Shown: positions 1 to 8,771 of the stretch, piece by piece
Position numbering within the stretch: position 1 is the stretch's first letter
Layout of the letters: the number at the start of each line of letters is the position of its first letter
NCBI GenBank assembly: GCA_963801355.1
Contig: CAWDEM010000008.1
Coordinates: forward strand, 896,001-960,000
DNA: 64,000 nucleotides
Direction: 5' to 3'
Source of the DNA: Ignavibacteriota bacterium
Lineage (GTDB): Bacteria > Bacteroidota > Ignavibacteria > UBA10030 > UBA6906
Notes under the pieces: model-generated
The model's input: only the letters and a program-made list of their open reading frames with translations
Database searches by the model: none
What the model was told of the DNA's origin: nothing
Position numbers and translations under genes: made by a program

Positions 1-754
1 GGAGCCCTGCAAGCTTCAGCCAATTCTGCAGCCACGGAGGCGAAGGTTTGATCGTGACACCACGGATCATCCGGGCGGCGAACCGGGGACAGTTCTTCCT
101 GTCTTCGACAGTCACATGCAAATACGTGCGGATGGGTTCTTTCCCCTCTTTGAGGCGCACCGCCGGCATCTTCACCGGTTTGCCGGTGAGCACGCGCACC
201 TCGCGGGCGAAGCCGAGGTGGCTCAGCCAGTCGGGACGGTTCGGTGTGATCTCGATATCGTAGACAACGTCATCCACGCCGAGATACTTTGCGAGGGGCT
301 GGCCGACTTTCGCCTTTGCATCCAGAACGAGGATGCCGTCGGCATCCTTGCCGAGATCGAGTTCAAAGGCCGAGCAGATCATGCCGGATGACTCGACGCC
401 GCGCAGCTTCACCTTTTGCAGAACGAACGGAGGGCCGCCGGGATCGTGCTGATTTTGCGGCACCGTCGCACCGACGAGTCCGACCGCCACCTTCTGGCCC
501 GCCGCCACATTGGGTGCGCCGCACACAATCTGCAGGACTTCCTTCCCGACGTTGACGCGGCACACCGTCAGGCGATCGGCATTCGGGTGGCGCTCCGCTG
601 CGAGCACCTGGCCCACGACGAAGCCGTTGTACCTGTCACCGGGTTTGGTGATGGCCTCGAACTCGAGGCCGAGCATGGTCAACCGGTCCGCCAGCTCCTG
701 CGGAGCATAGGGGACATTGGTATACTGTTCGAGCCAACTCTGGACGATGTGCAT
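1..754 (-). CDS. pheT: Phenylalanine--tRNA ligase beta subunit (N-terminal part; runs off window start)
   Basis: Manual translation from ATG at 754: MHIVQSWLEQY...ELADRLTMLGLEFEAI...HPNADRLTVCRVNVG...IVCGAPNV, the typical PheT N-terminus and tRNA-binding OB fold. Lies directly downstream of pheS. Absent from the ORF track because no stop falls inside the window. Confidence 0.95.
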   Translation of the reverse strand, partial: MHIVQSWLEQYTNVPYAPQELADRLTMLGLEFEAITKPGDRYNGFVVGQVLAAERHPNADRLTVCRVNVGKEVLQIVCGAPNVAAGQKVAVGLVGATVPQNQHDPGGPPFVLQKVKLRGVESSGMICSAFELDLGKDADGILVLDAKAKVGQPLAKYLGVDDVVYDIEITPNRPDWLSHLGFAREVRVLTGKPVKMPAVRLKEGKEPIRTYLHVTVEDRKNCPRFAARMIRGVTIKPSPPWLQNWLKLAGL

Positions 755-756
755 GG

Positions 757-1764
757 TCAGAACTGCTTCAGGAATCGCATGTCGTTTTCAAAGAAAAGCC
801 GGATGTCATCAATGCCATAGCGCAGCAGGGCGACACGTTCGATGCCCATGCCGAAGGCATAGCCGGTGTATTTTTCGGAATCATATCCCACGGAGCGAAA
901 GACATTCGGATCCACCATACCGCAGCCGAGGATTTCCAGCCAGCCGGTCTGCTTGCAGAGCCGGCATCCTTTGCCGCCGCACAGGAAGCAGGTAATATAG
1001 ATATCCGCGCTCGGTTCCGTGAACGGGAAGAATGTCGGCCTGAACATGTACTTCAGGCCGCTCCCGTAAAATTGTTTGATGAAGGAGATCAGCGTGCCCT
1101 TCAGGTCGCTGAAGGTGACACCCCTGTCGACGTGCAGTCCTTCCACCTGGTGAAACAGGCAGTAGCTGCGCGAACTGATGGCTTCGTTCCGGTAGACCTT
1201 GCCCGGCATGATCACGCGCACCGGCGGGGGGAACTGTTCCATCACGCGGATCTGGACGGGAGAGGTATGTGTCCGCAGGAGCGCCTGGGGGCTCAGAAAA
1301 AACGTGTCCTGCATATCGCGCGCCGGGTGGTCCGGGGGGAAATTGAGTGCTCCGAAGTTGTGATAATCGTCCTCGATTTCCGGGCCGTCGGCGATGCCGA
1401 ACCCCATGGAAACGAAGACCGCTTTGATCTCATCCAGCACCTGTGTCAGCAGATGCCGGGACCCGATGAACTGGCGTCGTCCCGGGAGGGTGAGATCGAG
1501 TGCTTTCGAGGTTCGTTGGACTTCCTGAGTGCCGGCGAGGCGCTGGTCGAACAGGGCCTGGACTTCCGTACGGAGCGCATTAAGGTGCTTGCCAACGGCG
1601 GGTTTTTCCTCTGCGGGCACAGCGCGGAGGGCATCGAACAGCTCGGCGATTTTCCCTTTGCGGGCGAGATAGGAGATGCGGAAGGCTTCGAGTGCCGCCC
1701 TGTCGTTCGCGGCAGCCAGGTCCTCCTCCGCCTGCCGCCTGATGGCGGCAATTTTCTCAAGCAT
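757..1764 (-). CDS. pheS: Phenylalanine--tRNA ligase alpha subunit
   Basis: Motifs [44 protein letters not shown]. Confidence 0.98.
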   Translation of the reverse strand: MLEKIAAIRRQAEEDLAAANDRAALEAFRISYLARKGKIAELFDALRAVPAEEKPAVGKHLNALRTEVQALFDQRLAGTQEVQRTSKALDLTLPGRRQFIGSRHLLTQVLDEIKAVFVSMGFGIADGPEIEDDYHNFGALNFPPDHPARDMQDTFFLSPQALLRTHTSPVQIRVMEQFPPPVRVIMPGKVYRNEAISSRSYCLFHQVEGLHVDRGVTFSDLKGTLISFIKQFYGSGLKYMFRPTFFPFTEPSADIYITCFLCGGKGCRLCKQTGWLEILGCGMVDPNVFRSVGYDSEKYTGYAFGMGIERVALLRYGIDDIRLFFENDMRFLKQF

Positions 1765-1855
1765 GGGAGATTCCTGTGAGAGAGATGAAGCCCTTCATGC
1801 GCTGCGGGGCGCGGGTGGCGTCACCGCGCTCCGCGCGCGCGAAGAGCGTGAAGAC

Positions 1856-2203
1856 TCAAGAGAGGGCGAACTTCACCACTTCGGCAAACGCCGCGGGATT
1901 GCTCACCGCGAGTTCGGCCAGAATCTTCCGGTTGAGGTCGATTTCTTTCTTGTTGAGCCCTGCGATAACGCGGGAATAGGTCGTGCCGTTCAGCTTGGCC
2001 GCGGCATTGATGCGCGCAATCCAGAGCTGACGGAAGGTCCGTTTCTTCGCCTTGCGATCACGGTAGGCATACTGCATGCCTTTGTCGACGTGATGCTTCG
2101 CGATCGTGATGACCTTGCTTCTCGCGCCCCAGTAGCCTTTCGCTTGTTCGAGAATTCTCTTGCGACGGCGGTGGGAGGCAACTTTATTTTGCGAGCGTGG
2201 CAT
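1856..2203 (-). CDS. rplT: 50S ribosomal protein L20
   Basis: AKGYWGARS...[24 protein letters not shown]; operon position. Confidence 0.98.
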   Translation of the reverse strand: MPRSQNKVASHRRRKRILEQAKGYWGARSKVITIAKHHVDKGMQYAYRDRKAKKRTFRQLWIARINAAAKLNGTTYSRVIAGLNKKEIDLNRKILAELAVSNPAAFAEVVKFALS

Positions 2204-2271
2204 AGTTGCACTTGATCCTTGATGTGTGAGTAAAAGACCGGCGGACGGTTACCGCATGGCTGGGTGTTGCC

Positions 2272-2466
2272 TCAGACATTCAGCATCCTTCGCACGGCAT
2301 GATCATCCTGCTTTGCTACCGTGTGCCCCAGGCGGAGTTTTCGTTTCCGCTTGCGGCTTTTGGAGGTCAGGATGTGGCTGCGATATGCTGCAGCCCTTTT
2401 GAGTTTGCCCGACGCATTCAGCTTGAAGCGTTTCTTCGCGCTGCTGCGCGTCTTGGTCTTGGGCAT
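2272..2466 (-). CDS. rpmI: 50S ribosomal protein L35
   Basis: [15 protein letters not shown]...[15 protein letters not shown]; between infC and rplT. Confidence 0.97.
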   Translation of the reverse strand: MPKTKTRSSAKKRFKLNASGKLKRAAAYRSHILTSKSRKRKRKLRLGHTVAKQDDHAVRRMLNV

Positions 2467-2481
2467 GAGAGCTTCCTTTCG

Positions 2482-3090
2482 TTACGTTGTACTGCCCGCC
2501 GGCGCGGGCGCCTCTGCTCCGCCGGGGGACACGGGCTTGGCGTCCACCTTCTCCGGCTTCGCTTCCGGTTTCTTCTTCTTCTCCGGGACAAGAATCGTGA
2601 TCATGCTCCGGCCTTCCATATGCGCTGACTGATCCACCTTGGAACACTCTGTCAGGGCTTCCACCAGCCTTGCCAGCAACACCTCCCCCTTCTCCTTGTA
2701 GGTGATCTCGCGCCCCTTGAACACCACGGTCGCTTTCACCTTGTGCCCCTCTGCGAGAAATCTCTTCGCGTGCCGCACCTTGAACTCAAAATCATGCGTG
2801 TCGGTGTTCGGATGGAACCGGAGTTCCTTGAGCAAGGACACATGCTGATGTTTCTTCTGCAGCTTGTCTTTCTTCGCAAGCTCGTATTTGAACTTGCCGA
2901 AGTTGATGATCTTGCAGACCGGCGGGACCGCGTTCGGGACGATCTCCACGAGATCGGCTTCCCGTTCGCGCGCCAGATTGATGGCGGCTGTCGGAGTCAT
3001 GACGCCAAGCTGGCCGCCATGTTGATCAATGACCCGTACCTCTGCGACACGGATCTCGTCATTGATGCGAGGGCGTTTCTCTTTGCTGAT
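2482..3090 (-). CDS. infC: Translation initiation factor IF-3, non-canonical ATC start
   Basis: The frame continues upstream of the annotated ATG(3000) as ISKEKRPRINDEIRVAEVRVIDQHG. ATC at 3090-3088 is preceded by GGAGG (3102-3098). Motifs DLVEIVPNAVPPVCKI and KVKATVVFKGRE. Confidence 0.95.
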   Translation of the reverse strand: MSKEKRPRINDEIRVAEVRVIDQHGGQLGVMTPTAAINLAREREADLVEIVPNAVPPVCKIINFGKFKYELAKKDKLQKKHQHVSLLKELRFHPNTDTHDFEFKVRHAKRFLAEGHKVKATVVFKGREITYKEKGEVLLARLVEALTECSKVDQSAHMEGRSMITILVPEKKKKPEAKPEKVDAKPVSPGGAEAPAPAGSTT

Positions 3091-3101
3091 GGATGCGCCT
3101 C

Positions 3102-5042
3102 CTAGGATGTGAGTGATTTATCGTTGATCAGTTGCCGGAGACGGGTGATGAGTTCCCCCGTGGGCACAGCACCCTGGTCGCCAAGCCGGTGCCGGCGCAC
3201 GGCCACAGTGCCATTCTGACGCTCCTTCTCCCCCACGACCAGCATGTACGGAGCTTTCTTGTTTTCCCATTCCCGGATCTTGTACCCGACTTTTTCATTG
3301 CGGTCGTCCAACTCCGTGCGGATGCCGGACGAAGCGAGCTGCTTCACCACTTCCTGTGCGTACGGGAGATGCGCGTCGGTGATCGGCATGACCACCGCCT
3401 GCACAGGGGCCAGCCAGAGCGGGAACTCGCCCGCATAGTGCTCGATGAGAATCCCGATGAACCGCTCGAGGGATCCGAACGGTGCACGGTGAATGATCAC
3501 CGGACGGTGCTTCTGGCCGTCGCTGCCCGTATACTCCAGCTTGAACCGCTCGGGCATGACGTAATCCACCTGGACCGTGCCGAGCTGCCATGTGCGCAGC
3601 AACGCATCCTGCACCATGAAGTCGATTTTCGGCCCGTAAAACGCCGCCTCGCCGATCCCGACGAAGTAGTTCAGCTTCATCGCATCAGCGGCTTCCTGGA
3701 TATCGTGCTCCGCCTGGACCCAGAGCTCATCCGGGCCGCCGTACTTTTCCTTGTTCTTCGGATCGCGGAATGACAGCCGCGTCTTGAATTCCTTGAAACC
3801 GAGCGACGTGAACACGAGTTGCGTCAGCTCGATGACGTTGCACAGCTCTTCTTTCAGCTGATCCTGGCGGACGTACAGGTGCGAATCATCCTGCGTGAAG
3901 CAGCGCACGCGTGTCAGTCCATTCAGTTCGCCTGACTGCTCGAAACGGTAGACGGTGCCGAATTCCGCAAGGCGGATGGGCAAATCACGGTAGCTCCGCG
4001 GCTTCGCCAGGTACACCTGGTGGTGGTGCGGACAATTCATCGGCTTCAGCAAGAAATCCTCGCCGTCCATCAGGATCGGCGCGAACTGGCTGTCCTTGTA
4101 GTACGGATAGTGTCCGCTCTGCCGGTACAGGTTGAGGTTCGCGATATGGGGCGTGACGACCGGCAGGTATCCGCGCTTGCGTTGCTCATCCCTGAGGAAC
4201 GCTTCCAGCGTCTCGCGCAGCACCGTCCCCTTGGGCAACCAGATCGGAAGTCCGGCACCCACCGCGGGAGTGAACAGGAACAATTCCAGCTCGGCACCCA
4301 GCTTGCGGTGATCGCGCCGCTTGGCTTCTTCCAGCCGGTGCAGATAATCGTCCAGTTCTTTCTGGGCCGGGAATGTCACCCCGTAGATGCGTTGCAGCAT
4401 CTTGTTCTTTTCGTTCCCGCGCCAGTACGCCCCCGCGACATTCAACAGCTTGATCGCTTTGATCCGTCCGGCCGACGGGATATGAGGGCCGGAGCAGAGG
4501 TCGGTGAAGTTGCCGCTGTGGTAGAACGTAATGGGTTCGCCGCGGAGGCCTTCCAGCAGTTCGAGCTTGTACTGATCACCCTTTTTCGTGAAGTAGTCTA
4601 CCGCATCCTGCCAGTCGCGGTTCTCGCGCACGATCGGGGCGTCTTGCTGCGCAAGTACGCGCATCCGCTCTTCGATCTTTCCAAGGTCCTCGGCTGTCAG
4701 CGAATGTTCGCCGAGGTCGATGTCATAGTAGAAGCCGGTTTCAATGGCCGGACCGATGCCAAATTTTGCGCCCGGGAAGAGCGACTCGACGGCTTCGGCC
4801 ATCAGATGGGCGGAACTGTGCCAATACGCATGCCGACCCTGGTCATCCTTCCATGTGAGGATGCGTACCCCGGCATCGCTTGCGATCGGCCGCGCGAGGT
4901 CCCACGTCTCCCCGTTCACGAGAACGGCGAGCGCTTCGCGGGCGAGCCCGGTGCTGATGCTCTGGGCGATCTGCAGTCCGGTAACGCCGTCATCGAACTG
5001 GCGCACCGAGCCATCGGGCAGTGTGATATTGATCTGGCTCAT
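3102..5042 (-). CDS. thrS: Threonine--tRNA ligase
   Basis: TGS domain, HSSAHLMA, DLCSGPH, RDHRKLG, KPMNCP, FYGPKID, HRAPFGSLERF. Confidence 0.98.
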   Translation of the reverse strand: MSQINITLPDGSVRQFDDGVTGLQIAQSISTGLAREALAVLVNGETWDLARPIASDAGVRILTWKDDQGRHAYWHSSAHLMAEAVESLFPGAKFGIGPAIETGFYYDIDLGEHSLTAEDLGKIEERMRVLAQQDAPIVRENRDWQDAVDYFTKKGDQYKLELLEGLRGEPITFYHSGNFTDLCSGPHIPSAGRIKAIKLLNVAGAYWRGNEKNKMLQRIYGVTFPAQKELDDYLHRLEEAKRRDHRKLGAELELFLFTPAVGAGLPIWLPKGTVLRETLEAFLRDEQRKRGYLPVVTPHIANLNLYRQSGHYPYYKDSQFAPILMDGEDFLLKPMNCPHHHQVYLAKPRSYRDLPIRLAEFGTVYRFEQSGELNGLTRVRCFTQDDSHLYVRQDQLKEELCNVIELTQLVFTSLGFKEFKTRLSFRDPKNKEKYGGPDELWVQAEHDIQEAADAMKLNYFVGIGEAAFYGPKIDFMVQDALLRTWQLGTVQVDYVMPERFKLEYTGSDGQKHRPVIIHRAPFGSLERFIGILIEHYAGEFPLWLAPVQAVVMPITDAHLPYAQEVVKQLASSGIRTELDDRNEKVGYKIREWENKKAPYMLVVGEKERQNGTVAVRRHRLGDQGAVPTGELITRLRQLINDKSLTS

Positions 5043-5057
5043 TCGGATGAAAGTGAT

Positions 5058-5085
5058 AAAAAAATCGTCCCTCCTGGGGGACGAT
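5058..5085 (-). terminator. Intrinsic-terminator-like hairpin downstream of tRNA-Val
   Basis: Minus strand ATCGTCCC-ccagga-GGGACGAT (8-bp stem) followed by a T6 run. Confidence 0.65.
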
Positions 5086-5096
5086 CGTCCTCGATG

Positions 5097-5170
<74 letters not shown>

Positions 5171-5180
5171 ATGGATTAGC

Positions 5181-5209
5181 AATATACGAACGGTCGTGCT
5201 GAAACGCAA
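5181..5209 (-). promoter_or_regulatory. Predicted sigma70 promoter for tRNA-Val (and probably thrS)
   Basis: TTGCGT-17 nt-TATATT, ending 10 nt before the tRNA 5' end. Confidence 0.65.
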
Positions 5210-5217
5210 TGAAAAAA

Positions 5218-5274
5218 GGGTGTGCCCGAGCCCGGTTGTATCGGAGCCGGGTGTACCGGAGCTGGTTGTACCGG
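5218..5274 (-). repeat. Degenerate 15-16 nt tandem repeat beginning within the tRNA-Leu 3' end
   Basis: ccggtacaaccagct / ccggtacacccggct / ccgatacaaccgggct / cgggcacaccc. Confidence 0.75.
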
Positions 5275-5354
5275 GGGCGGGACTTGAACCCGCACGGACC
5301 TTGCGGTCCAAAGGATTTTAAGTCCTTTGCGTCTACCAATTCCGCCACCCCGGC
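5269..5354 (-). tRNA. tRNA-Leu(TAA)
   Basis: GCCGGGGTGGCGGAATTGGTAGACGCAAAGGACT-TAA-AATCCTTTGGACCGCAAGGTCCGTGCGGGTTCAAGTCCCGCCCCCGGTA; long variable arm. Confidence 0.96.
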
Positions 5355-5458
5355 ATGGCCGTAGTGTACCAAGACAAATCGTAGAATGCAAACCGGTTCC
5401 GGGCGGACCGTAAAGCAGAACGCCCATCGGGGATGGGCGCTCATGTGCGTTCTTTGTG

Positions 5459-5531
5459 AGGCGACGATCGGAATCGAACCGATGAATAGAGGTTTTGCAG
5501 ACCTCCGCCTTAGCCACTTGGCTACGTCGCC
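5459..5531 (-). tRNA. tRNA-Cys(GCA)
   Basis: GGCGACGTAGCCAAGTGGCTAAGGCGGAGGTCT-GCA-AAACCTCTATTCATCGGTTCGATTCCGATCGTCGCCT; U discriminator. Confidence 0.96.
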
Positions 5532-5545
5532 GGGGCAAACGTCTT

Positions 5546-5586
5546 AAAAATAACCCCGCCGCCTGGTGGGATTGGGGGCGGCGGGG
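5546..5586 (-). terminator. Terminator-like or processing hairpin between tRNA-Gly and tRNA-Cys
   Basis: 10-bp GC stem CCCCGCCGCC/GGCGGCGGGG followed by TTATTTTT on the minus strand. Confidence 0.5.
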
Positions 5587-5660
5587 CACTTCACAAGAGG
5601 AAGTGTAACGGAAGCTCGGGCGCGATTGCCTCCGCTCCCTGTCCCGTTGCCACGGGACAG

Positions 5661-5733
<73 letters not shown>

Positions 5734-5746
5734 GGCTCGCGAACCG

Positions 5747-5775
5747 AATATACAAATTCGGAGGAGGCGAAGCAA
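5747..5775 (-). promoter_or_regulatory. Predicted sigma70 promoter of the tRNA Gly-Cys-Leu operon
   Basis: TTGCTT-17 nt-TATATT followed by a GC-rich discriminator-like stretch. Confidence 0.7.
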
Positions 5776-5897
5776 GTACTTTCTGGAGGGGGGCGGCTGC
5801 GGCGCACTCAGGGCATACGAGAGCGGGCTGCGCCGCATGAGGGGTATGGGAGGGTGGCCTCCGCGTCATGCAGGGAAAGGCCCGGTCCTGGCACCGA

Positions 5898-6428
5898 TTA
5901 TGTAAACTTGGGGTCAGACCCCGAAATCAACGGCAAAATCAAGTCGGCGTATGAGCCGGACATGCCCTCCTCCCCTTCCAACCCAAACCCCCGCCGCAAC
6001 TCAGCCATCACGCGCTCGGCCTGAGCAGGCTCCTCGTTCGTCACCTCGAACTCCAGGAATGTCCCCAACCCATCGACTTCGTCCAGATGAATCCGCGCAT
6101 CAGGAGTAAGAAACAGGTGCCGCTTCTTACGGACCACACACAGGACCCCGAGTGCTTGCACAAGGGCCTCTTCCAATCCGGGAGCACGTGAAAGCGCGAA
6201 CCGTTGATACGAGCTCCAACGGTCCCCCTTCCGGTCCGGACGTTCATAGATGATGAGCTCGGCGTCACCGGCCCCGTCACGCCGAATCTTCATTCTGCCG
6301 CGGGGAACAACCAGGTATGTGTCTTCTTGATTCAGAATACCTTGGGATGCAGCTCCGATCCTGTGGGCTGCCTCACAGGCAGTGGAAACGCTCGATATCC
6401 GGCACTTCAGCTCAAGGTTGCGGGGCAT
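5898..6428 (-). CDS. CYTH-domain protein (class IV adenylate cyclase / triphosphate tunnel metalloenzyme family)
   Basis: Start re-placed at MPRNLELKCR (ExK motif); QEDTY, GRMKIR, VRKKRHLF, RIHLDEVDGLGTFLEFEV, SYADL. Confidence 0.88.
   Translation of the reverse strand: MPRNLELKCRISSVSTACEAAHRIGAASQGILNQEDTYLVVPRGRMKIRRDGAGDAELIIYERPDRKGDRWSSYQRFALSRAPGLEEALVQALGVLCVVRKKRHLFLTPDARIHLDEVDGLGTFLEFEVTNEEPAQAERVMAELRRGFGLEGEEGMSGSYADLILPLISGSDPKFT
5910..5922. repeat. REP-like palindrome GGGGTCAGACCCC (copy 1)
   Basis: 5-bp inverted arms around a 3-nt centre; related copies at 6447-6459 and 6507-6519. Confidence 0.6.
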
Positions 6429-6446
6429 GGTGGCTAAGATTGCGCC

Positions 6447-6519
6447 GGGATCTGACCCCATCCGATTGACGATTGTCAATGGTCGATAGACTATTGACAA
6501 TTGGTTCGGGTCTGACCCC
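6447..6519. repeat. Composite intergenic repeat: two GGGTCTGACCCC-type palindromes sandwiching a heptamer array
   Basis: GGGATCTGACCCC (6447-6459), heptamer array 6463-6505, CGGGTCTGACCCC (6507-6519). Confidence 0.7.
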
Positions 6520-6529
6520 TGCACACGCG

Positions 6530-7018
6530 CTAGCGGCTGATGTCCAGGATTTCATATTTGAGGATTCCTACGGGAACCTTGATCTCCACAGACTCCCCTT
6601 TCTTCTTCCCCAACAGCGCCTTGCCGATGGGCGAAGTGACGGAGATCTTGTTCATCTCAAAATTCGATTCCTCAGGGGAGACTAGGAGGTACTCGCACTG
6701 CTCTTGAGTCTTGAGGTCTTTCAGCTTGACCTTGGTCAGGATGTAGATCTTGTCATTCGGAAGGTCTTTCGCCTCTATGATCTTGGCCCGGGCCAGAGTG
6801 CCCTCGAGCCTGGCGATCTTCATCTCGTGGTGCTGTTGCTCTTCCTTGGCGGCATCGTACTCCGCGTTCTCCGAAAGGTCGCCGTGCCCGCGGGCTTCGG
6901 CGATCTTCGCGGCGATGGACTTGCGTCCCGTCGTCTTCAGTTCGCGCAACTCCTGCTCCAGCTCCGACAGCTTCTCGCGTGTCAGGTACACCGATCCATT
7001 AACCCCGTCGCCTTGCAT
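6530..7018 (-). CDS. greA: Transcription elongation factor GreA
   Basis: ARGHGDLSENAEYDAAKEEQ and ISVTSPIGKALLG; ATG at 7018 with GGAGGA SD. Confidence 0.97.
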   Translation of the reverse strand: MQGDGVNGSVYLTREKLSELEQELRELKTTGRKSIAAKIAEARGHGDLSENAEYDAAKEEQQHHEMKIARLEGTLARAKIIEAKDLPNDKIYILTKVKLKDLKTQEQCEYLLVSPEESNFEMNKISVTSPIGKALLGKKKGESVEIKVPVGILKYEILDISR

Positions 7019-7046
7019 AAGCACTCCTCCCACGATCCGAAAAGGC

Positions 7047-7086
7047 AAAAAGAATAGCCATCATCCGCCGGGCGAATGGTGGCTAT
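7047..7086 (-). terminator. Intrinsic terminator / attenuator in the greA 5' leader
   Basis: ATAGCCACCATTCGC-ccg-GCGGATGATGGCTAT (14 of 15 pairs, one G-U) followed by TCTTTTT. Confidence 0.75.
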
Positions 7087-7117
7087 GCACAATACTCGAT
7101 TCATTACCAACAGATGC

Positions 7118-7147
7118 AATGTACGATAACCGCGGACCGAAAGTCAA
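7118..7147 (-). promoter_or_regulatory. Predicted sigma70 promoter of greA
   Basis: TTGACT-18 nt-TACATT. Confidence 0.6.
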
Positions 7148-7160
7148 GTGGAAAGTGGAA

Positions 7161-8405
7161 TTACTCGGCTTTCCTCTTGTCCGGGTCCTGCAGGATCAGG
7201 TGTCCTAATTTGTCCCGTTTGGTTTTCAGGTAGCGCTCATTGTGGGGGTTCGGGCCCATTTCCAGGGGGAGGCGTTCCACAATATCCAGTCCGTAACCGC
7301 CGAGCCCCACCATCTTCTTGGGATTGTTGGTCAGGAGGCGGATCTTGCTGATTCCGAGATCGCGAAGGATTTGAGCGCCGAAGCCGTAATCGCGAGGATC
7401 CGGCAGGAAGCCCAGTTTCTCATTCGCCTGTACGGTATCCAGCCCCTCGTCCTGCAACCGGTATGCCTTGAGCTTGTTTGCCAGGCCTATTCCCCGCCCT
7501 TCCTGGCGCATGTAGACCAGAACTCCGTTGCCGGCCTTTTCGATCATCCTGAGCGCGGCATTCAATTGCTCATTGCAGTCGCACCGGGATGACCCGAACA
7601 CATCACCCGTGAGGCACTCCGAATGGACGCGGACGAGTGTCGGTGCGTCGCGGCGTATCTCACCCTTGACCAGTGCAATGTGTTCCTTGCCATCCAGTAT
7701 TCCCCGGAAGAGGTGGAGAATGAACTCTCCATGCCGGGTCGGCAACTTGGTGGTAACCACGCGCTCAATGAGGCGTTCGCTTTTCATCCGGTAAGCGATG
7801 AGGTCCTTCACGGTGATAATGCGCATGTCGAATCGGTGCGCCAGGACAAGCAATTCAGGCACGCGCGCCATCGATCCGTCCGGGTTCATAATTTCGCACA
7901 GGACTGCCGCCGGGCTCAATCCGGTGAGACGGCAGAGGTCGATGACAGCCTCCGTATGGCCCGCGCGCCTGAGAACCCCTCCGTCGAGTGCACGCAACGG
8001 GAAAATGTGGCCCGGGCGGGCAAGGTCTGCGGGGACGGTCTCGGGATTTGCCAGGGCGCGTACGGTGGCCGCACGGTCCGCCGCCGACACTCCGGTGCTC
8101 GTTCCGACAATCACGTCGACGGAAACCGTAAAGGGGGTCTTGTGGAGTGACGTGTTCGTGTCGACCATGAGATCCAGTGCCAGTGCCTCAGCACGTGCGG
8201 ACGTCAACGGAGCGCAGATGATCCCGCGTCCATTTGTCGCAAGGAAATTGATAACCTCCGGGGTGACGAACTCGGCCGCGCACACGAAGTCGCCTTCGTT
8301 CTCGCGGTCTTCATCGTCCACGACGATCAGGATTTTTCCCGACCGGAAGCTTTCGAGAGCATCTTCTATCGTGTCAAAGGCCCGGGTCACTTCTGGCACC
8401 TGCAT
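7161..8405 (-). CDS. ribBA: Bifunctional DHBP synthase / GTP cyclohydrolase II
   Basis: [53 protein letters not shown]. Confidence 0.97.
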   Translation of the reverse strand: MQVPEVTRAFDTIEDALESFRSGKILIVVDDEDRENEGDFVCAAEFVTPEVINFLATNGRGIICAPLTSARAEALALDLMVDTNTSLHKTPFTVSVDVIVGTSTGVSAADRAATVRALANPETVPADLARPGHIFPLRALDGGVLRRAGHTEAVIDLCRLTGLSPAAVLCEIMNPDGSMARVPELLVLAHRFDMRIITVKDLIAYRMKSERLIERVVTTKLPTRHGEFILHLFRGILDGKEHIALVKGEIRRDAPTLVRVHSECLTGDVFGSSRCDCNEQLNAALRMIEKAGNGVLVYMRQEGRGIGLANKLKAYRLQDEGLDTVQANEKLGFLPDPRDYGFGAQILRDLGISKIRLLTNNPKKMVGLGGYGLDIVERLPLEMGPNPHNERYLKTKRDKLGHLILQDPDKRKAE

Positions 8406-8417
8406 GGTTCGCCGCGC

Positions 8418-8750
8418 TTATTTCTGGGGAACGTCGCCTTCGCCGATAATTGCCGTCACGGCCGAACGGTCGACCTTCAATTTGACGTTGTCCGCCACCT
8501 GCACGAGCAGGGTTTTCTCCTCGACACCCGCCACGACCCCGTGGACGCCGCCGGCGGTCACGACTTTGTCGCCCTTCTTCACTGCGTCCAGCATCTTCTG
8601 GCGTTCTTTCTGCCGTTTCTGCTGGGGGCGAAGAATCATGAAGTAAAAGATGGCAATAATCAGTGTAAACATGATCAGCGTGCTGATCAGACTTCCTTCG
8701 GGACTGCCGCCCTGCGGCTGTGCCATGGCGAGAAGAGTGTGTGCGTTCAT
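8418..8750 (-). CDS. yajC: Preprotein translocase subunit YajC
   Basis: FYFMILRPQQKRQKE...KKGDKVVTAGGVHG; downstream of tgt; GGAGG SD before ATG 8750. Confidence 0.95.
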   Translation of the reverse strand: MNAHTLLAMAQPQGGSPEGSLISTLIMFTLIIAIFYFMILRPQQKRQKERQKMLDAVKKGDKVVTAGGVHGVVAGVEEKTLLVQVADNVKLKVDRSAVTAIIGEGDVPQK

Positions 8751-8771
8751 AAGTGCCTCCAATGCAATTGA

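Noticed and set aside
5043-5096. T-box riboswitch for thrS
   Set aside because: Only about 54 nt separate the tRNA and the ATG; no T-box sequence or specifier stem
6983-7104. Roughly 40-codon uORF (MNRVLCIATIRP...) across the greA leader hairpin
   Set aside because: No SD, no informative codon runs, and it overlaps greA out of frame; unsupported without conservation data
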